Below are positions 60,410 through 60,873 of a DNA stretch of 60,873 bases, piece after piece. The translations under genes were made by a program, and so were the position numbers. This DNA is from Gammaproteobacteria bacterium (GTDB lineage: Bacteria; Pseudomonadota; Gammaproteobacteria; PIWD01): contig PIWD01000003.1 of NCBI GenBank assembly GCA_003354005.1, positions 1 through 60,873 of the forward strand, given 5' to 3'. How positions within the stretch are numbered: position 1 is the first letter of the stretch; each line of letters opens with the position of its first letter. The notes below the pieces were generated by a model, which saw nothing but the letters and a program-made list of their open reading frames with translations, searched no databases and was not told the DNA's origin.

Positions 60410-60742
60410 TGTTAATCTCCTTATGATCAAGTTCCTCTAAAAGGAACAATCTTATGATTATATCATAGCAAACCACTCCACTTAAACAAGGAAGTTGGAA
60501 CAGCTGCGCTCACTAATGTAACTCATGTGTTGCGAAAAATAAAATTAGCGTACCTCTTTATCCCTTACTTAACAAGGGTAAATTTATTCATCGGGAACTG
60601 CTGATTCTTCGATAACTCACTTGATTAATCATCCATTTTCCACTACTTTCAATCCACATATCCCAAAAAGGACATTGAAGCTCTGCCTAATGATGATATC
60701 ATGACCGTGAAAGAACGCACCGATTACCTCAAGATCATGTAG

Positions 60743-60760
60743 AAAACGGCAAGCCGTTTT
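60743..60760. terminator. perfect 8-bp hairpin aaaacggc-aa-gccgtttt (terminator-like)
   Basis: Read directly. It follows a short excisionase-like ORF remnant. Confidence 0.3.
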
Positions 60761-60873
60761 ACATCTAAAGGCAAGGCTTCAAGGTAAGCAGTGCATAGCA
60801 GTTTAGGAAGAGTGAACAAGAGAAAAACAGCTAGGATAAGTAATGGTTGATAAAAAAAAAGAACAAGAGCGTG

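Overview
This 60.9 kb window is a chromosomal segment of a moderately AT-rich gammaproteobacterium. The Dot/Icm type IVB genes icmW-icmX, a Com1/DsbA-type oxidoreductase, djlA and a large NAD-GDH point to Legionellales; that placement is inference. Most of the window is housekeeping genes, with translationally coupled overlaps. Blocks include hemC, rpiA, gdhB, gshA-gshB, rpe, metK-ahcY, glyQS, pyrF-hemJ-algC-dut, priA, an LPS-core cluster (waaF-waaC-GT9-waaL), ftsW-murG, tRNA-Lys(UUU), rpsP-rimM-trmD-rplS, cca, pyrC and sodB. Several features are unusual. (1) A dense cluster of six perfect DnaA boxes next to a TA-rich tract at 49.70-49.93 kb is a candidate oriC or DnaA-titration locus, with no dnaA or gidA in the window. 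(2) Next to it lies an AT-rich four-ORF orphan operon at 50.09-51.55 kb. (3) An AT-rich argH/argG plus amino-acid ABC transporter module has its ATPase-argG segment bracketed by 0.5-0.7 kb inverted copies of the permease gene, one of them internally deleted. (4) icmW-icmX stand alone and are co-oriented with a paired-TM membrane protein. That protein has a paralog at 35.6 kb with an acidic, tyrosine-rich C-terminus, flanked by palindromic repeats. (5) There are at least three dispersed extragenic repeat families. (6) Ribosomal protein S16 carries a roughly 170 aa lysine-rich tail, pyrF is URA3-like, and there is a 1153 aa Fe-S flavoprotein fusion. No CRISPR array, rRNA, transposase or integrase was seen. 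All homology calls come from reading the translations and from memory; no searches were run.
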